A stretch of 64,000 bases of DNA from Octopus sinensis (GCF_006345805.1 NC_042998.1:108500001-108564000); one strand, 5' to 3'. Positions 1 through 13,869 are shown, counted from the stretch's first letter. Numbers and translations: made by a program. The notes: generated by a model from the letters alone, not told the origin.

Positions 1-2189
1 GACTATCATCACCCCTATCCCATGAATATATTCGTCGTCGACATCGTTCAGATCATCAGAATTATTAATTTTTGGACATGCAGAATCAGTAAAATGCCGG
101 ACAAAATGCTTCGTGTCCTGAATTTATATACAGTACTGCAAACGTCAAGCTTGTTTCAATTCTTTCAAGATCGTTAACATAAGAATCAATCAAATACTTG
201 GATTGTATAAACTGAACCTTCAATTTATGGTCTTTTGCCTACTCTAAACTTAATGTTAAACCAGAAGGAAACAGAGCAAGCGACATAAAAAGGGTATCAG
301 ATTAATTTGGGATACTAACACCAAAGCCGTTGTAGGAAAAAATTTACCACTGTTGAAGTGAGATTTAAAATGAAAGGTGAAACCAGGAAGCACTTCACAA
401 CAACCCTGTAGAAGACGAACTAGTCTTCGTATCAGTCTACTTTGGAAAGTAGTGAAAATATGCGTGGCCGATATTCCTCCAGAAGTAAACAGCTAATGGT
501 TGGTGTCGCCTGTTCTCTTCTGTATAGAGGATAAAACGTACTGAGCCCCCCCCCCCACGCACACATAAACAAAAAACAAAAAATAAATAAACAAGAAATT
601 ATGGAAGCTACGCCGGACCTGGACAATTTATCAGCTTGCTCAGAAGGCACAGTCTCGGAATTACGTATGGTGATACAAGCCATCAGAAGGCTTTCCGTCC
701 ACAGTAAAGGTGGGAAGAGAGGGGAGATCCCCTCCTTTGCTGCCGACACCATCATCAATGCATCAAAAATATCAGCAACAAAACACCAGCACCAAGAGTA
801 ACATGCTGCCACAGCAACAATAATAGCAACAACAATGACAACAACAACAATAAAACAAGCATCCGTGAAAGCAACTGTAATATCAGCAGCAGCAACAGCA
901 ACAACGGTAACTACATCAACAATAGAAGGAACAGTAGCAAAAAAAAACGCTGCCATCAAGGAATTCGTTGGTAGGGACATTGTTACTGGAAACTGAACGC
1001 GTCGCTCCTGGTGCTCCAAGCTTAAAAGATCGTGTTAACTAGTTCGCTAAGCAGTTTTAATGAATGCAATCGTTAATAGTGGTTCACAGTGGAAAAGCGT
1101 TTAAAGTAGAATAAATTAAGTTTAGTAAGCAGTAGCATTCACGAAAACTAAGATAGAGGGTGAACTATTTAGAAACTTAGAAGAGGGTCGTAAGCAAGGC
1201 TTCAGTAGTGACGTGCACGCGTTGAGGTTGGCTCTCTAGTAGTTAAGCAACTTAAAGCATGACTCTTCGAGTTGTTAGCGCTCAGGCATGTGAAGAAAAA
1301 AAACCATTTGATGGGCTAGAGTGGCGGAGACGCAACATGACAATAAAGCTACGATTCATTATTCCAGTGGGGTGGGGAATTATGGACGCCTGTAGCATTT
1401 CCGTCGACTGCTCGATGATATGTAGCAGGTCAGATAACAGGATGCAATTCACTGTCTATCTCAACGGTCTGTTATGACTATCAACTAGAGAGACAAAGTG
1501 TTGCGAAAAACCGATAACAGCCGCGGAAATAGTGGAAATAATGGCGGGCAAATTGTCTCGTTTGGATTGGTTGCCTTACGAGCTTTACTTATATATGTCA
1601 GACTTGTTTGCAATGGATGTCTTGGCAGGTATTTATCGCAACTGACAGCAGAACAAGAGAATTTCCAGTTCTGGGAGTTGAGAAGCGGCAGCGTTACCGA
1701 GAAAGAAAGAATTCAAACGAGATATTACATTGATAAATTTCAGCCCATAACTCTAAGCGCACATTCCAATAGTTTGGTTATAGTGTTAGCAAGCAGGTTG
1801 GCGCTTATCGTCGATGACCTGAACGACGATGATGATGATGTGCAAAATGCACCAACCAAGACAAGTTTCACCTCATACAATTAATCATAGAGAGGTTGGG
1901 TAAGGATACTAGTAAGGATGGAACCCAGATTAACCAGGCGTGATCGCCACTTGTTAGATGGATTTTTTCAGAGCTCGTCTATTTGACAGACATAGTCTTG
2001 GGTTAAAAAATGGACCGAGAGATTTTACTTGCCATCTAAAGTATTGTAAAGTTCTCTTCCGGGGTTGATAAAATAATACCAACTGAGTACTGGGGTCGAT
2101 GTTATCAATTTACCCCTCCGCCGAACTTGCTCTTGCTTGTTTGTGCCAACATTTGAAATCAATATTACAAAGATATAGAGCGCTGAACT

Positions 2190-2435
2190 AGCGGAGCCGT
2201 TAGCATGACGGACAAAATGCTTAGTGATATTTCGTCTGTCTTCACGTTCCGAGTTCAAATTCTGCAAAGGTCGACTTTGTCTTTTATTCTTTGGGTGTCG
2301 ATAAAATAAATATTGATTGAACATTGAGGCCATTGAAATGAGTACCAGCTGAACACTGGGGCTGGTGTAATCGACTTACTTCTTTCCCGAAATTGCTAGC
2401 CTTGTGCCAAAATTTGAAACCAATATTACAAAGAT
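2190..2435 (+). mobile_element. SINE, family S1 (decayed); a further 3' fragment at ~2055-2165
   Basis: Matches the in-window repeat ...aaatgcttag...gagttcaaatt...ggtcgacttt...gtcgataaaataa...gtaccag...actggg...taatcgactta also seen at 6530, 20420, 52790, 56765 and 59295. Confidence 0.8.
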
Positions 2436-2509
2436 ATAAGGTTTCCACTGTTATATTTTAGCCCGATTACTCTGGCTAAACAATTGCTGTAATCAACCTA
2501 TACGTTGTC

Positions 2510-2700
2510 AGCCAATCTTCTAATCATATAGGGCAAATATCCTTCAAATCACACCAAACAATCTTAAGAAAGGTCACTTTAGATAATGTGGTGCTGGAGT
2601 CCATATACATAAGTAAAAGAATAAATGGTAATAGCTGGAACTCTTTTGTTCATAAGTCTAAATGACAACATGTACAAAAATGAAAGTGCAACACGAATAA
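2510..2700 (+). mobile_element. Old SINE-like repeat, family S4 (other copies ~3700-3890, ~7555-7745, ~31480-31780)
   Basis: Shared motif order c(t/a)agaaatagc..caaat(c/a)t(c/t)c(c/t)tcaaa ... cata(g/a)gtctg(c/t)tc(g/a)at ... gctaaa in four places. Confidence 0.55.
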
Positions 2701-2903
2701 CAACAACTATATGCATATACGAACACACACATAGCTAATATTTACCTAATTATTCGTGTTTCAATTTGCTGCGAATGACAGGATAGAACAGGCATGCGCT
2801 CGCACGAGTTTATGTGTGTGTATATGTGTATGCATGTGTGTGCGTGCGTGCGCATGCGTGTGTGTGTGCAAATCAATCAATCGATCAGTCAATCAATCAA
2901 CCA

Positions 2904-2996
<93 letters not shown>

Positions 2997-4600
2997 CCTA
3001 TGTGTATGCATGCATGTATACACACATCATACACTAGTCCAAACACACAGCATCAACATTTACAACGATAACAAAAACTAAAAATAACATCATGAAGCAA
3101 CAAAAGCAGGGAAAATAGCGAGCAGAAACAAGAAAACGGTAACGACATTCACAAATCATGATAAATTCCCTGTAATACTATTTACATTTCTTCTACCTAG
3201 TAGTCATCTTCCCTACTTATTCACCGTTACCATAGTTACTAGTTATATCCCATATCTTAAAAGACTCTCTTCAATGCATTCATTTTGATGCAGTTCACAT
3301 TTATTAATGAACGTAGGTGTAACACAACGTCCAAGAATTGATATTTAGCAGAAAACAATTCGATCTAGTATCATCTGCAAACATAAATCGCTGAAATTGC
3401 ATAAACGTATTAGAATGTTTTTCTTTTATTCTCCAGAACAGCTGTCGCCTTTTCCAGACTTCTAACTGGGTTTGGTTTATTTTTATACTCAGCGTCCTTT
3501 AGGAATACTCATAAATTATTATGAACAAGATTCTAAACCAATCGATAGGTAGTAGAGTCCGTTGTGTCCAGCACATATTGATTAGATTGGTCTTTTATGG
3601 AAAAACCTTGGAACATTATTCTTTATGCGTGACATTAAATTACATTGTTTATAAAGAATTTTATGCAAAGCCACCCATACAGAAAAACGAATGAATCTCT
3701 AAGTGGTCGTTCGACTTGCTAGAAATAGCAAGCATATCTTCAAATTACTCTGTTCTAAAAAGATAAAGTCATTTGATAGTGTTTTAAATACGCATGTCTC
3801 AAGTAAAGAATGGCGGAGCCATGGTTGGAAAGCCTTTATTCATAGGTCTGTTCAATCAAAGTTGAAATGAAGCTAAACAACAGCAAACATCCTGTCTTTT
3901 AAGATCATTTCGTTTTCCATTTTTAAATTCTTTCAACAATAAATTATCGAGATAATGTTTAGTCTCTCAAACATCTTTAAGCCTTACTTTACTTCTGATC
4001 TGTTTAATTTACTAATGAGTATTATTAAATGCCCTCTCACTTAGATCGTCTTCATGACTCATGTTTATTAATTACTTTACTCGTTGATATTGAAAGATGT
4101 CTACTGGATATGTGTTAAAATAAGACCCATAAAAGTCACCACGGAAGATGTTGCTCATTCAAAAATGCATTTAGTCCGTCGTTATCATCGGGAAAATGAT
4201 CGATCTGATTTATGCCACGAGTAAGTCCTAGCTAATTCATTACATTGATTTCTTTATTCGAAATAAAACAGTTTTAAATTATTCATGTGTCAGATAATTA
4301 TTTCGTTCGAAAGTCTAATAATAGACGAAGGAATGAATGTTAAAGGAATACCACAAAACATATGAATAAGCAGAGTACTACATGCTAACTGTAAATTTTA
4401 TAACACATAGATTTTTTCCTTTTTTTAACTAATTAGGGAGAAATGTTCAATATTCTGATCCTCTTTATAGCTTTTCTTCTCCCCTTAAACTGAGTAGGAG
4501 TCTTGATTAAACAGCGGTTTATTCAAGCATGTTAAAATAGAACAATGAGCCTGTTATCTCATTCTAATAATATTTCAGTTGGCAGTAGAGTGTCAACAGA

Positions 4601-4601
<1 letters not shown>

Positions 4602-4667
<66 letters not shown>

Positions 4668-4680
4668 GCTATTATTATTA

Positions 4681-4732
<52 letters not shown>

Positions 4733-4751
4733 CATTATTATTATTATTATT
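4602..4751. repeat. Compound (ATT)n(GTT)n(ATT)n microsatellite; the target/tail of the adjacent Dong copy
   Basis: Direct reading; explains the poly-I/V/L ORFs at 4545 and 4579. Confidence 0.97.
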
Positions 4752-5861
4752 CAGTAGTTTTATTTTTATAGAGTGCTTTCACTTCACTACCGAGCGCAGC
4801 TCAGTGTGCCTTGGGTATGTGCTGTGGTTTTTTGTGATTCTCGTATTGTTACTGAATTGAAGGTGTTTTGCGTAGGATGTGGGCAGTGCACAGTAGTGCT
4901 TTCACTTCACTACCGAGCGCAGCTCAGTGTGCCTTGGGTATGTGCTGTGGTTTTTTGTGATTCTCGTATTGTTACTGAATTGAAAGTGTTTTGCGTAGGA
5001 TGTGTGCAGTGCACAGTAGTGCAATTTTCTGTATGTTATATATATTTGTAAGTCCGAGTGTTTTTGTTATGTATTTGTCTGAATATTTTTTTTTATCATA
5101 CCTAATGTGCCTACTATGGTAGGACTTGTTTCTGTTTTTAGATTCCACATTCGAGTTATATCTATTTCCAGGTCTTTGTATTTTGAAAGTTTCTCCATTT
5201 CTTTAAGAGAAACGTTGTCATCTGCTGGTATTGATACATCAATTTTCTTCATGATCTCTAACAACTATATCTGGCCTATTGGCCTTAATTTCTCTATCTG
5301 TGTGTATTGGCATATCCCAAAGCATGGTTGCTTTCTCGTTTTGTGGCATTTTCTGGTGTGTGCCTATACCATCTTTTTTTCTGTTGTTATCCCATAGTGT
5401 TGGCATAGCTTCCAGTGTATGTAGGTCCAAACTCTGTCGTGTCTGTGAATATATTCCTTCTTAGCCAGGACTGGGCAGCCAGAGATAATATGATATATTG
5501 TTTCTTGTCCATCTCCACATTTTCTGCAGTTACTTGTTATGTTTCTTTTCATCATATGTTTTTGGTAATTTCTGATGAGGAGGCTTTGGTCTTGTGCTGC
5601 AATTAAAAACCCCTCCGTCTCTGCTTTGAGTCCTGAGCTTCTCAACCATTTCTGGGAATTTTCTCTGTCTATTTCTTTTGCATTTAGTTTAGTCCAGTAT
5701 TTGCTATGAAGGGGCTTTTCCTGCCATCGTTTTATAATGATCCGTTGCTGTTCTAGTTTTAGTTTGGATTTCATTTGTTTTATAGTTCTTCTTTATCTTC
5801 TTCTTCTTCTTCTTCTTCTTCTTCTTCTTCTTCTTCTTCTTCTTCTTCTTTCTTCTTCTTC

Positions 5862-5912
<51 letters not shown>

Positions 5913-6363
5913 TATTATTATTATTATTATTATTTGTTAGGTCGCATGATTTCTTGTTTGTATTTGTCAGCTTCCTTAACAGTTTTTTGTTTTGCTCATG
6001 TTTTGCGGCTATTTGTATCAGTTTTCCTTGCTTCTGAAGTAGGCATTTTTGCATTTCTGTGGTGGTTATTTTATAATAGTTTTCCAGATGTATAAGGCCT
6101 CTACCACCTTTTATTCGTTGTATATATATATAGCCTTTCTATGTCAGATTTTGTGTGGTGCATCATAGATCCTGTCATTATGTTTCTTGTTTTCCTGTCT
6201 ATTTTGGTTAGTTAATTTAGTGTCCAGTTAAAGATATTGTACCTGTAACTTATCACTGGGACAGATAAAGTTTTAATACCTATCATCTTGTTTTTAGCAT
6301 TGAGCTCTGCTCTTAGTATTGATCTAACACGTCTATAATAGTCTTTCTTTATTTTCTCGTTCA

Positions 6364-6364
<1 letters not shown>
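4752..6364 (-). mobile_element. R4/Dong non-LTR retrotransposon, young family A, copy 1 (5'-truncated, frameshifted)
   Basis: Minus ORFs give LRSSGLKAETEGFLIAAQDQSL, the CCHC motif CRKCGDGQETIYHIISGC, and the RLE motif WDMPIHTDREIKANRPDIVV; 3' end aaaactactg followed by (AAT)n as in the other family A copies. Confidence 0.93.
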
Positions 6365-6419
<55 letters not shown>

Positions 6420-6529
6420 ATAATAATAATAATAATAATAATACATTTTGTATGACCTACTAACGAATCTACCAGCTCCAATTTTGAAGCGTAAAGCATA
6501 ATGATGTATAATAATTTTAACAAAACGTA

Positions 6530-6730
6530 AGGCAGTGAGCCAGAAGAACCCTTAGTAGGTCGGAAAAAATGCTTAGCGGCATCCCGTTTGTCTTTACGTT
6601 CTGAGTTCAAAGTCCGCCGAGGTCAACTTTGCCTTTCACCGTTTCGAGGTCGATAGAATAAGTACCAGTTAAGCAGTGGAGTAATCGACTCCACCCGAAT
6701 TTGGCCTTGTACCAGAATTCGAAACTAATA
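6530..6730 (+). mobile_element. SINE, family S1
   Basis: gcttagcggcat...ctgagttcaaagtccgccgaggtcaactttgcctttc...gataGaataagtaccag. Confidence 0.85.
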
Positions 6731-8688
6731 TTAATTCTTGTTTTTATTTTAATCTAAAAGTGATTTTGCGCGAGCAAAAAGAGGTTGGACTCATGTTTAT
6801 TAACAGAACACTGCTCAGTAGTCTCATTCCTCAATCGGATGATATTATTGTATTTAAATAATTTAAATAAAAATCAAATTATGTGGTTGGATAATTAAAT
6901 CGTAAGAGGATATTTTCCTTGGCCGCAGACCGAGTCACTTCAGAACGTTTAAAACTACCACTTGAAAGTGAGCCAGACGCTTACTCTTGTTAACGAACGT
7001 CTTATACTAATAGTAGATTTATACACATCCAATATTTTGTTGTAAATATTTAATCGGTATTTTCTTCAAGCAAAACAGAACGGTCTTGATTTTGTCCCTA
7101 TGGAGAGGCTTCCCAACAAAATATAAACATTAATTAATGTTTACTTCTTTGGAAATTAGCCACATCTGGACAATCAATAAATGAGCTATTCGTGTTGGGA
7201 AATATCATTAGTCTGCTCTTTGGAATATATTTAAAACAGCTGATGATGGCGAATGATTTTCTACTTATGTACGTTCAGTCAGTGAAATATTACCTTACAC
7301 AATTAAGTCAAATCTATTTTTAAATTTTCAACGTCTATAATGTACTGAACTTATTATGTTCATCAGAGCTGGTGTGGAGAAATTATATTTGAATAACCAG
7401 AAAACTAAGAAACAAATACATGCGAAAATAAATATATCTGATTAATTATAATATAGTTGATGTGCCATAGCAAATTAATAATAATTTCTTGCTTTATTAA
7501 CCACTTATTTATTTATCTATTTATTGCTTGAATATACTAGTGAATATTTACGTGATCGTCCGACATACTAGATATAGCATCATCCAAATCTTCCTCAAAA
7601 CACAGTTCACCGTATAAAAAGGAGGAGACAACACATATAAGATAATATATTCCAAGATATTCTTAAAGAGATGGGATAGTTACGGTTGAAATATCTTTCA
7701 TCATAGGTCTGCTCGATCAGAGATAACCTAAAGCTAAAGAAACATGAACAATCACACGCTTCCACGAAGCAGAATCAGAAAGGTACGAGGAAAACATTGC
7801 TTACAGTAATTATATTATTTTACGCTTAGAGGTCAGATCATAACAGATTTAAAATTTCTTTTTTTATCATTCATCATTCAAGGAATCATTGCATTTAACA
7901 TTTGGATTACATTCTGTTGATGCGGGAATTGAATAATTTTTAATGCCAAGTTTATTTTTATATGCACTAAATGCATATTGTTAAAGTCTGTTTTTTCATA
8001 AAAGGGTTGAAATGGGTACAGTTTTTAAAAATCTATTTCTTAATGTAATAAAACACTTAAATAAAGCATTATGTATATCTAAAATATCAGTCATTAACTG
8101 TGTGGTTCAGTATTTACTTTCCAGCTATACAATCTCTATCTCATTGCAAAACACCCTGGATAAGTGTCTCCGACTGTGACTTAATGATTATCAACATTTT
8201 GCGAGTGTATGGGCCTGTATGTATATGTATGTATTAATTGAGGCAATCGACATTGCCTGAGGATCGAATTTATTAGAACAGTAGGTGAACTTAGTAACTA
8301 AATGCAAACTGGGTTGTTTAAGTAAAAAATAAACTGGGTTGTTTAAGTAACTGCATTGCATTGGTAGAATGGCCTCTTTTGCGACAGTAACTATGAAGGG
8401 AGTATATGAATCCACTTTTTTTCTGTTGTAGTTTTGGCTGATGTAACACAATCGCTCAAATGCAATTTTGGTATACATGTCAACAATGAACTGGTGGAAG
8501 AGCTAACCGAATCTCTTAACATGTTCCTCATCTAGAGTAACTAACAATAAATCTGGAAGTAGAAAAACCATTGGCAGACATCTTTTTTCTTATCAAGTCT
8601 TCGGTGTTGACGATTTGCAATCTCATCTTTTTAGAGTACAAAGATACTGCAAAGTATCATAGGTCTTATTTCTCTCATATATATGAAA

Positions 8689-9581
8689 TACAATGTGTAT
8701 TCCAGAAGTTTTCAGACTTTTTCAGGTGGGACATTTATTAATTAAAAAAAAAGCACAAAACTCTACTCTTTCTTAAAGTAGGATCTTCTGACTTCAATGT
8801 ACTTTAATCCAGCCACTTCGTGAATGCCCCCTGGAAGTCGTCTAATGTGAAGGTATCGAAGACCCTTGTCACATCCCGTTCATCTTCAAAACGACTGATT
8901 CTGATGTTCTCTTTCAGCTTAGATGTAGACTGTAGGGAGAGTGAGGGACAGTTTTGATGCTCATCTCTGTCAAGGCAATGGTTACCAGGATACTCGTCAC
9001 AGAGCACTCTAGGAATAAACTTTGCACAAATTTTGCGTATGTTCATGAATAATTCTTTATACAGTTATCACACCAACCTGCTCCATCTCATTTCTGAAGA
9101 AGCGGATCGGAACCTACCAAATTATATGCTTATTATTTTTATAGCCACACGACGGTCTCCATCTAGAAAATTTCAAATTTTCTCAACCAGCTCGGATGTT
9201 CCGACGTCTCTCTCGCTCCTACATCACTCACCGTCTCTCACCTCCACTCTACCGTCTCTGAATCTCGTGCCAGCGAAAAAGCTAAACCGCAAGCAGTCTA
9301 GAGGAGTTCATGATTTGCTGTTGCGTTTGTGTGCCAGTTTACCTCAACACTTACTGCACAGTAAACTTCCAAACGTTCTGACTGAATTCTGTAAAATAGT
9401 CAGCAGAGAAAAGTAGTGTTTAATAGGGAGTGCTTAGTAGGGTGTGTTCAAAATACTGTTACAACTGTCTCGTTCAATCTGGAATAACAGCTTATTAAAT
9501 GTATTGTAATGATATATTAAAATTACATTCCAACTGTCTCTCCTAAAACAGTACAAAAAAACTTCTGTAATGCACCTTGCA
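8689..9581 (-). mobile_element. Tc1/mariner DNA transposon relic (internally deleted transposase, putative TIRs)
   Basis: Minus ORF 8804-9046 has RKICAKFIPRVL (mariner WVPHxL-like) joined directly to a C-terminal KLKE..RF....FQGAFTKWL segment. 8689-8712 tacaatgtgtattccagaagtttt is inverted relative to 9558-9581 aaaacttctgtaatgcaccttgca (20/24). Confidence 0.7.
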
Positions 9582-9944
9582 CTTTGTCATCCTGTTTTTC
9601 AAGCATATTGTCTCGTCGATGGAATACTTGTCAAGAAATAAGAAGAGTCACTTTCTGAAAACTTGGAACATTACCCGATGTTCAAGATGTTCTGCTGGAG
9701 ATTTGAGCATTATCGATTACTTAACAATATTGCTGTATAAATTTACCCAAAGCAATCTGAAATCTATGCATATATAATATTATCATAAAAGATCATCTCT
9801 TGATGGTATGGCACTATCCCTTTCATGATATTTCCAGTATTTCTTCACGGCTACACTACCTGCTCCAGCTCATTTCTGAAGAAGTGAATCGGATATAGTA
9901 AATGGCGATGGCGTCACTATCCTTTGGAACTTCCCCATACAAAC

Positions 9945-10260
9945 AGAAAGAAAAAATGACTCCAATCGACCAGACACTGTGATCAAGGACTACAACAGAG
10001 AAACTTGTCTGTTAATAGATATGTCTCTCCCACAAGATTAAAATTCTCAAGAAAGGAATACGAAAAGCTTTCTCATTATAAAGATCTGCAAACTAAAATT
10101 TAAAAAAATCTGGAGGCTTAGTACTACGATAATTCCAATAGTAATTGGTGCGTTGGGAATGTGAAGTATCTGGTAACTGCAATCTCCGTGAACTTCAAAA
10201 CATAACCTTGATAGGTACAGCCTATATACTATGGAAAGCACTCTCCATCTAAAATGGAAT
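9945..10260 (+). mobile_element. Old R4-clade RLE-domain fragment
   Basis: Translates as NRPDTVIKDYNRETCLLIDMSLP ... IPIVIGALG. Confidence 0.75.
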
Positions 10261-10329
10261 AAATGTGGTGATAATTTTAGCATGCATAGCAAAACAAACG
10301 TGCCCTTGCTACTCTTGGCTTCTAGAGGA

Positions 10330-11080
10330 TGACCGGTACTAATGCAGCTGAAATCTGTGCTGCCCAAGAACAAGCACTAAGAACAAGCTTCATAAAATAC
10401 AGAATAGACAACACAGCAGAAAGTGATAAGTGCAGAGTATGTGGACAAAACGGTGAAACCGTATGGCATATTATCAGCTAATGTACGCCACTAGCCCAGA
10501 AGGAGTATAACAGACGCCACAACAATATAGCAAGGCTTGTCCACTGGACACTTTGCAACAAGTATGGACTTGACAGAGTAAACAATTGGTACAACCACAA
10601 ACCTGAAGGCATCGTCGAAAATAGAAATGCAAAGATCTTGAGGGATTTTATGATTCAGTGCGACCATGAGATAGGGAATAGGAAGCCAGACATAGTCTTA
10701 ATTGAGAAAGAAAGCAAACGATACTGGATCATAGATATAGCATGCCCAGTTGACAACAAGGTATGCGACAAGGAAGAAAGAAAAGTCTATAGATATGACA
10801 GCTTAGCTTGAGAAGTTATGCAATTGTGGTCGATGAGAAAGGTAGCATTAGTACCAATAATTGCCGGAGGCCTTGGAATAGTGAGCAAAAATCTCGAGAA
10901 ATAACTGGAACAAATATGGGCTGCAATAAGGATGGAGTACTTGCAGAAAACAGCACTGCTTAGAACCGCTCGAATACTCCGGAAGGTGCTCGAAAAATAA
11001 AAGGTGTTACTTTAGTTCACTGGTTGTGAACAGCTAACACTGCAGTACATCTCCAGCGTAAGAAGCTGCGCCAAAGCAAT
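10330..11080 (+). mobile_element. R4/Dong 3' fragment, family B (CCHC + RLE + 3'UTR), followed by (AAT)n
   Basis: EICAAQEQALRT...CRVCGQNGETVWHIIS*C...RKPDIVLIEKE...IIDIACPVD...LRTARILRKVLEK*. Confidence 0.88.
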
Positions 11081-11092
11081 AATAATAAGAAG

Positions 11093-11632
11093 AATGCCCT
11101 GATTGAGTACCAGACAGGGACTCTCATGGCTTCTGATCTTAACTGATTGGGAGTGCTATCATGTTCATTGTTTTGTCATGTTTGTTAGAAATGGACTACA
11201 ACAAATATTTCGTTCCGTACCACAGATTTGCTTGACAGTTGTTTGAACTTAACCAGTTGAATATGTCCCTTAGTGGCTGGTCACGAGCAGATTTAGTGGA
11301 GAAGCATCAGAGCCGTCTGTTGAGAGGAATTCTTCGGGTTTTGAATAATTCCCCTCTGGAAACATGGGTGTTTCATTCAACATCCTTAAACAACATTTAC
11401 TGAGTGACCTTTTTAGCGGGATGGGCTACTCGACCAGAAGAAAATTGTAACTGGGCCTCGTCTGTAAGGACATGCGCTGTTTATCTTTGTATGAGATCCC
11501 CTTGACGCGCACATAGGTTTGTGATGCATGTAGTTCGTTTACTCTTATCAGACGGGTGGTCGTGATGGGTATACTGGACTTTGTCTATTTTACTGCAGTC
11601 TCACTTTGATGGAATGCACTGCACTCTCACTT
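11093..11632 (+). mobile_element. ~550-bp non-coding element E, copy 1
   Basis: Colinear with 19803-20359 (+) and 53666-54212 (-); flanked by AAT/AAC repeats. Confidence 0.85.
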
Positions 11633-11729
11633 AACAATGACAACAACAACAACAACAATGAGGATAAGGGTCTGATCAGTCCGGCGTCATCAAAATTGAT
11701 AATTGCGTAAAGTAAAAAAAAAATTAAAG

Positions 11730-12598
11730 ATGAAAAAGAAAAAAACAGAAAAAGAAACAGCATGGAAAGAGAAAAAATGCACGGTCAGTTTGCAAGAGTT
11801 ACGAAATCCAAGACAGATACAGAAGAGTGGAGCCTATGGATGAGGAAGAGTGACCTGAAAAAGAGAGATAGAAGCACTTATATGTGCAACACAAGGATAA
11901 GCGTTAAGGACTAACTGTGAACTGCAGAATCAACAAGACTACCGAGAGCGAAAAATGCAGAATGTATTGTGTGAAATGGTATTGCACATCGTTACCGAAT
12001 GCCACAAATTGACACAATGCGATTAAAAAAGACATCACAATGTGGCAAGAATGATCCATTGGGAGCTCTGTGGAAATCAAGGCCTGCAAAGAGCAATGAC
12101 GTGGTACGAGAAAACTCCTGCAGGAGTCACCCAGAATGAAGACTGTAGAATCCTGTTGGATGCAATGGTTCAGTGTGGTCACCTGACTAGACATCGGAAA
12201 TCGGACATTGTTGTGGTGAATAAAAAAGAATGAAATTGCATGATAATCGACATAACATGTCCCGGTGACAACAGGATCAACGAGAAAGAAAAACTGAACA
12301 ACTACGACGATTTCAAGTGGGAAATACTAAGTTTGAGGTCAACGAGGGGAGTAGACATGAGACCAATAGTAATTGATGCACTCGGAAGTATCAGGACTCA
12401 ACTACCAACATCACTCAAAAAGATTGGTACAAATGTAAAGATAGAACACTTAGAAAAATCAGCATCGCTTGGAACTGCAAGAATTCTTCCCAGGGTTTTT
12501 GAAGCATAGCCGGTAAACAAGTGTCACCTTAGTCTGCTGGCCGTGAACAATAGACACTTTCCATCATACCCAGCAAAATATGCTCAGAGTTTTCAACA

Positions 12599-12600
<2 letters not shown>
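11730..12600 (+). mobile_element. R4/Dong 3' fragment, family C, followed by (AAT)n
   Basis: MARMIHWELCG...KSDIVVVNKKE / IIDITCPGD...SLGTARILPRVFEA. Confidence 0.85.
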
Positions 12601-12665
<65 letters not shown>

Positions 12666-12668
<3 letters not shown>

Positions 12669-13807
12669 TATGGTTGGCGAACGAACAGCCAAAAAAAAGG
12701 AGTATCAAAATAACAAACTCGGCATCTGAACAACTTTGGACCCCCATAACAACTGAAGAGGTCACCCAGGCACTGCAAAAACTAAGCAACTGGAAGGCAC
12801 CTGGGCATGACAAGATCCCCAACTTCTGGTTGAAATATCTAACAGGAATGCACAAAAAGCTGGCTGAAAACTTTAACAGCATACTAGCAGAGACAGAGAC
12901 AATGCCTGAATGGCTCACGAAGGGGAAAACCGTCTTAATTCCCAAATCAAATGAAACAGCAAAGCCAGAAAACTACAGACCAATAACCTGCCTCCCTACT
13001 ATGTTCAAGGCATTTACTGCAGTGATATCGCAAAGGCTGAACAAGCACCTGGACGAAAACAACTGTTCCCAGAAGAGCAGAAAGGATGCCGCAAAGGCTC
13101 ATATGGCTGTAAAGATCAACTAATGATTAATAAAGCCGTAACTGAAGACTGCCACAGAAAGAAGAAAGGCCTCAGTATGGCCTGGATTGACTACAAAAAG
13201 GCGTTTGATAGCATCCCCACACATGGATCCTCGAAACACTAGCCATTAACAAAGTAGCACCAACAATCATAAAATTCATAGAGCACTCTATGAATAAATG
13301 GCAAACAGTCCTACACCTCCAAACAAAAGAGGGACTCATGAAAACCAAAGACATCCCCATTAGAAGAGGAATATTCCAGGGAAACACGCTCTCTCCACTC
13401 CTTTTCTGCTTGGCACTGTCACCTCTATCGGATATGCTAAACAGAACTGGATGCGGATATAAATGTTACGGCAAAACGATCAGCCACCTTTTATATATGG
13501 ATGACCTAAAACTATACGCTACAAATGACAAACAGCTGGAAACACTACTAAAGACAGTTCATGGATTTACCAAAGAAATAGATATGAAATTTGGATTAGA
13601 GAAATGCGCTAAAGTAACCCTGAAAAGAGGAAAACTAGTTAAGAGTAGCAACATCACACTAGATAAAACCAATGAAATAAAATTAGACCAAAGCCAAACT
13701 TACAAATACTTAGAAATCCATGAACTAGATAAGACACAATACACACAAATGAAAGAGAAAATAAAAAACGAATATTTCAGACTAATTAGATCAATACTGA
13801 AAACAGA
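12666..13807 (+). mobile_element. R4/Dong family A, copy 2 (RT core only; both ends missing)
   Basis: NWKAPGHDKIPNFWLK, YRPITCLPTMFK, QGNTLSPLLF, LYMDDLKLY; begins directly after (AAT)n at 12600-12665. Confidence 0.93.
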
Positions 13808-13869
13808 TGTATGTACATACACACATATATAAATAACGTACTTGAATTGTGTCGCCTCCAAAGCCACAG

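Noticed and set aside
432-1019. 195-aa minus-strand ORF
   Set aside because: TTG start, built on degenerate (GCA/ACA)n repeats, no domain recognised
4772-5017. Direct repeats as a CRISPR-like array
   Set aside because: Two 123-bp units with no spacers, derived from a retrotransposon 3' end, in eukaryotic context
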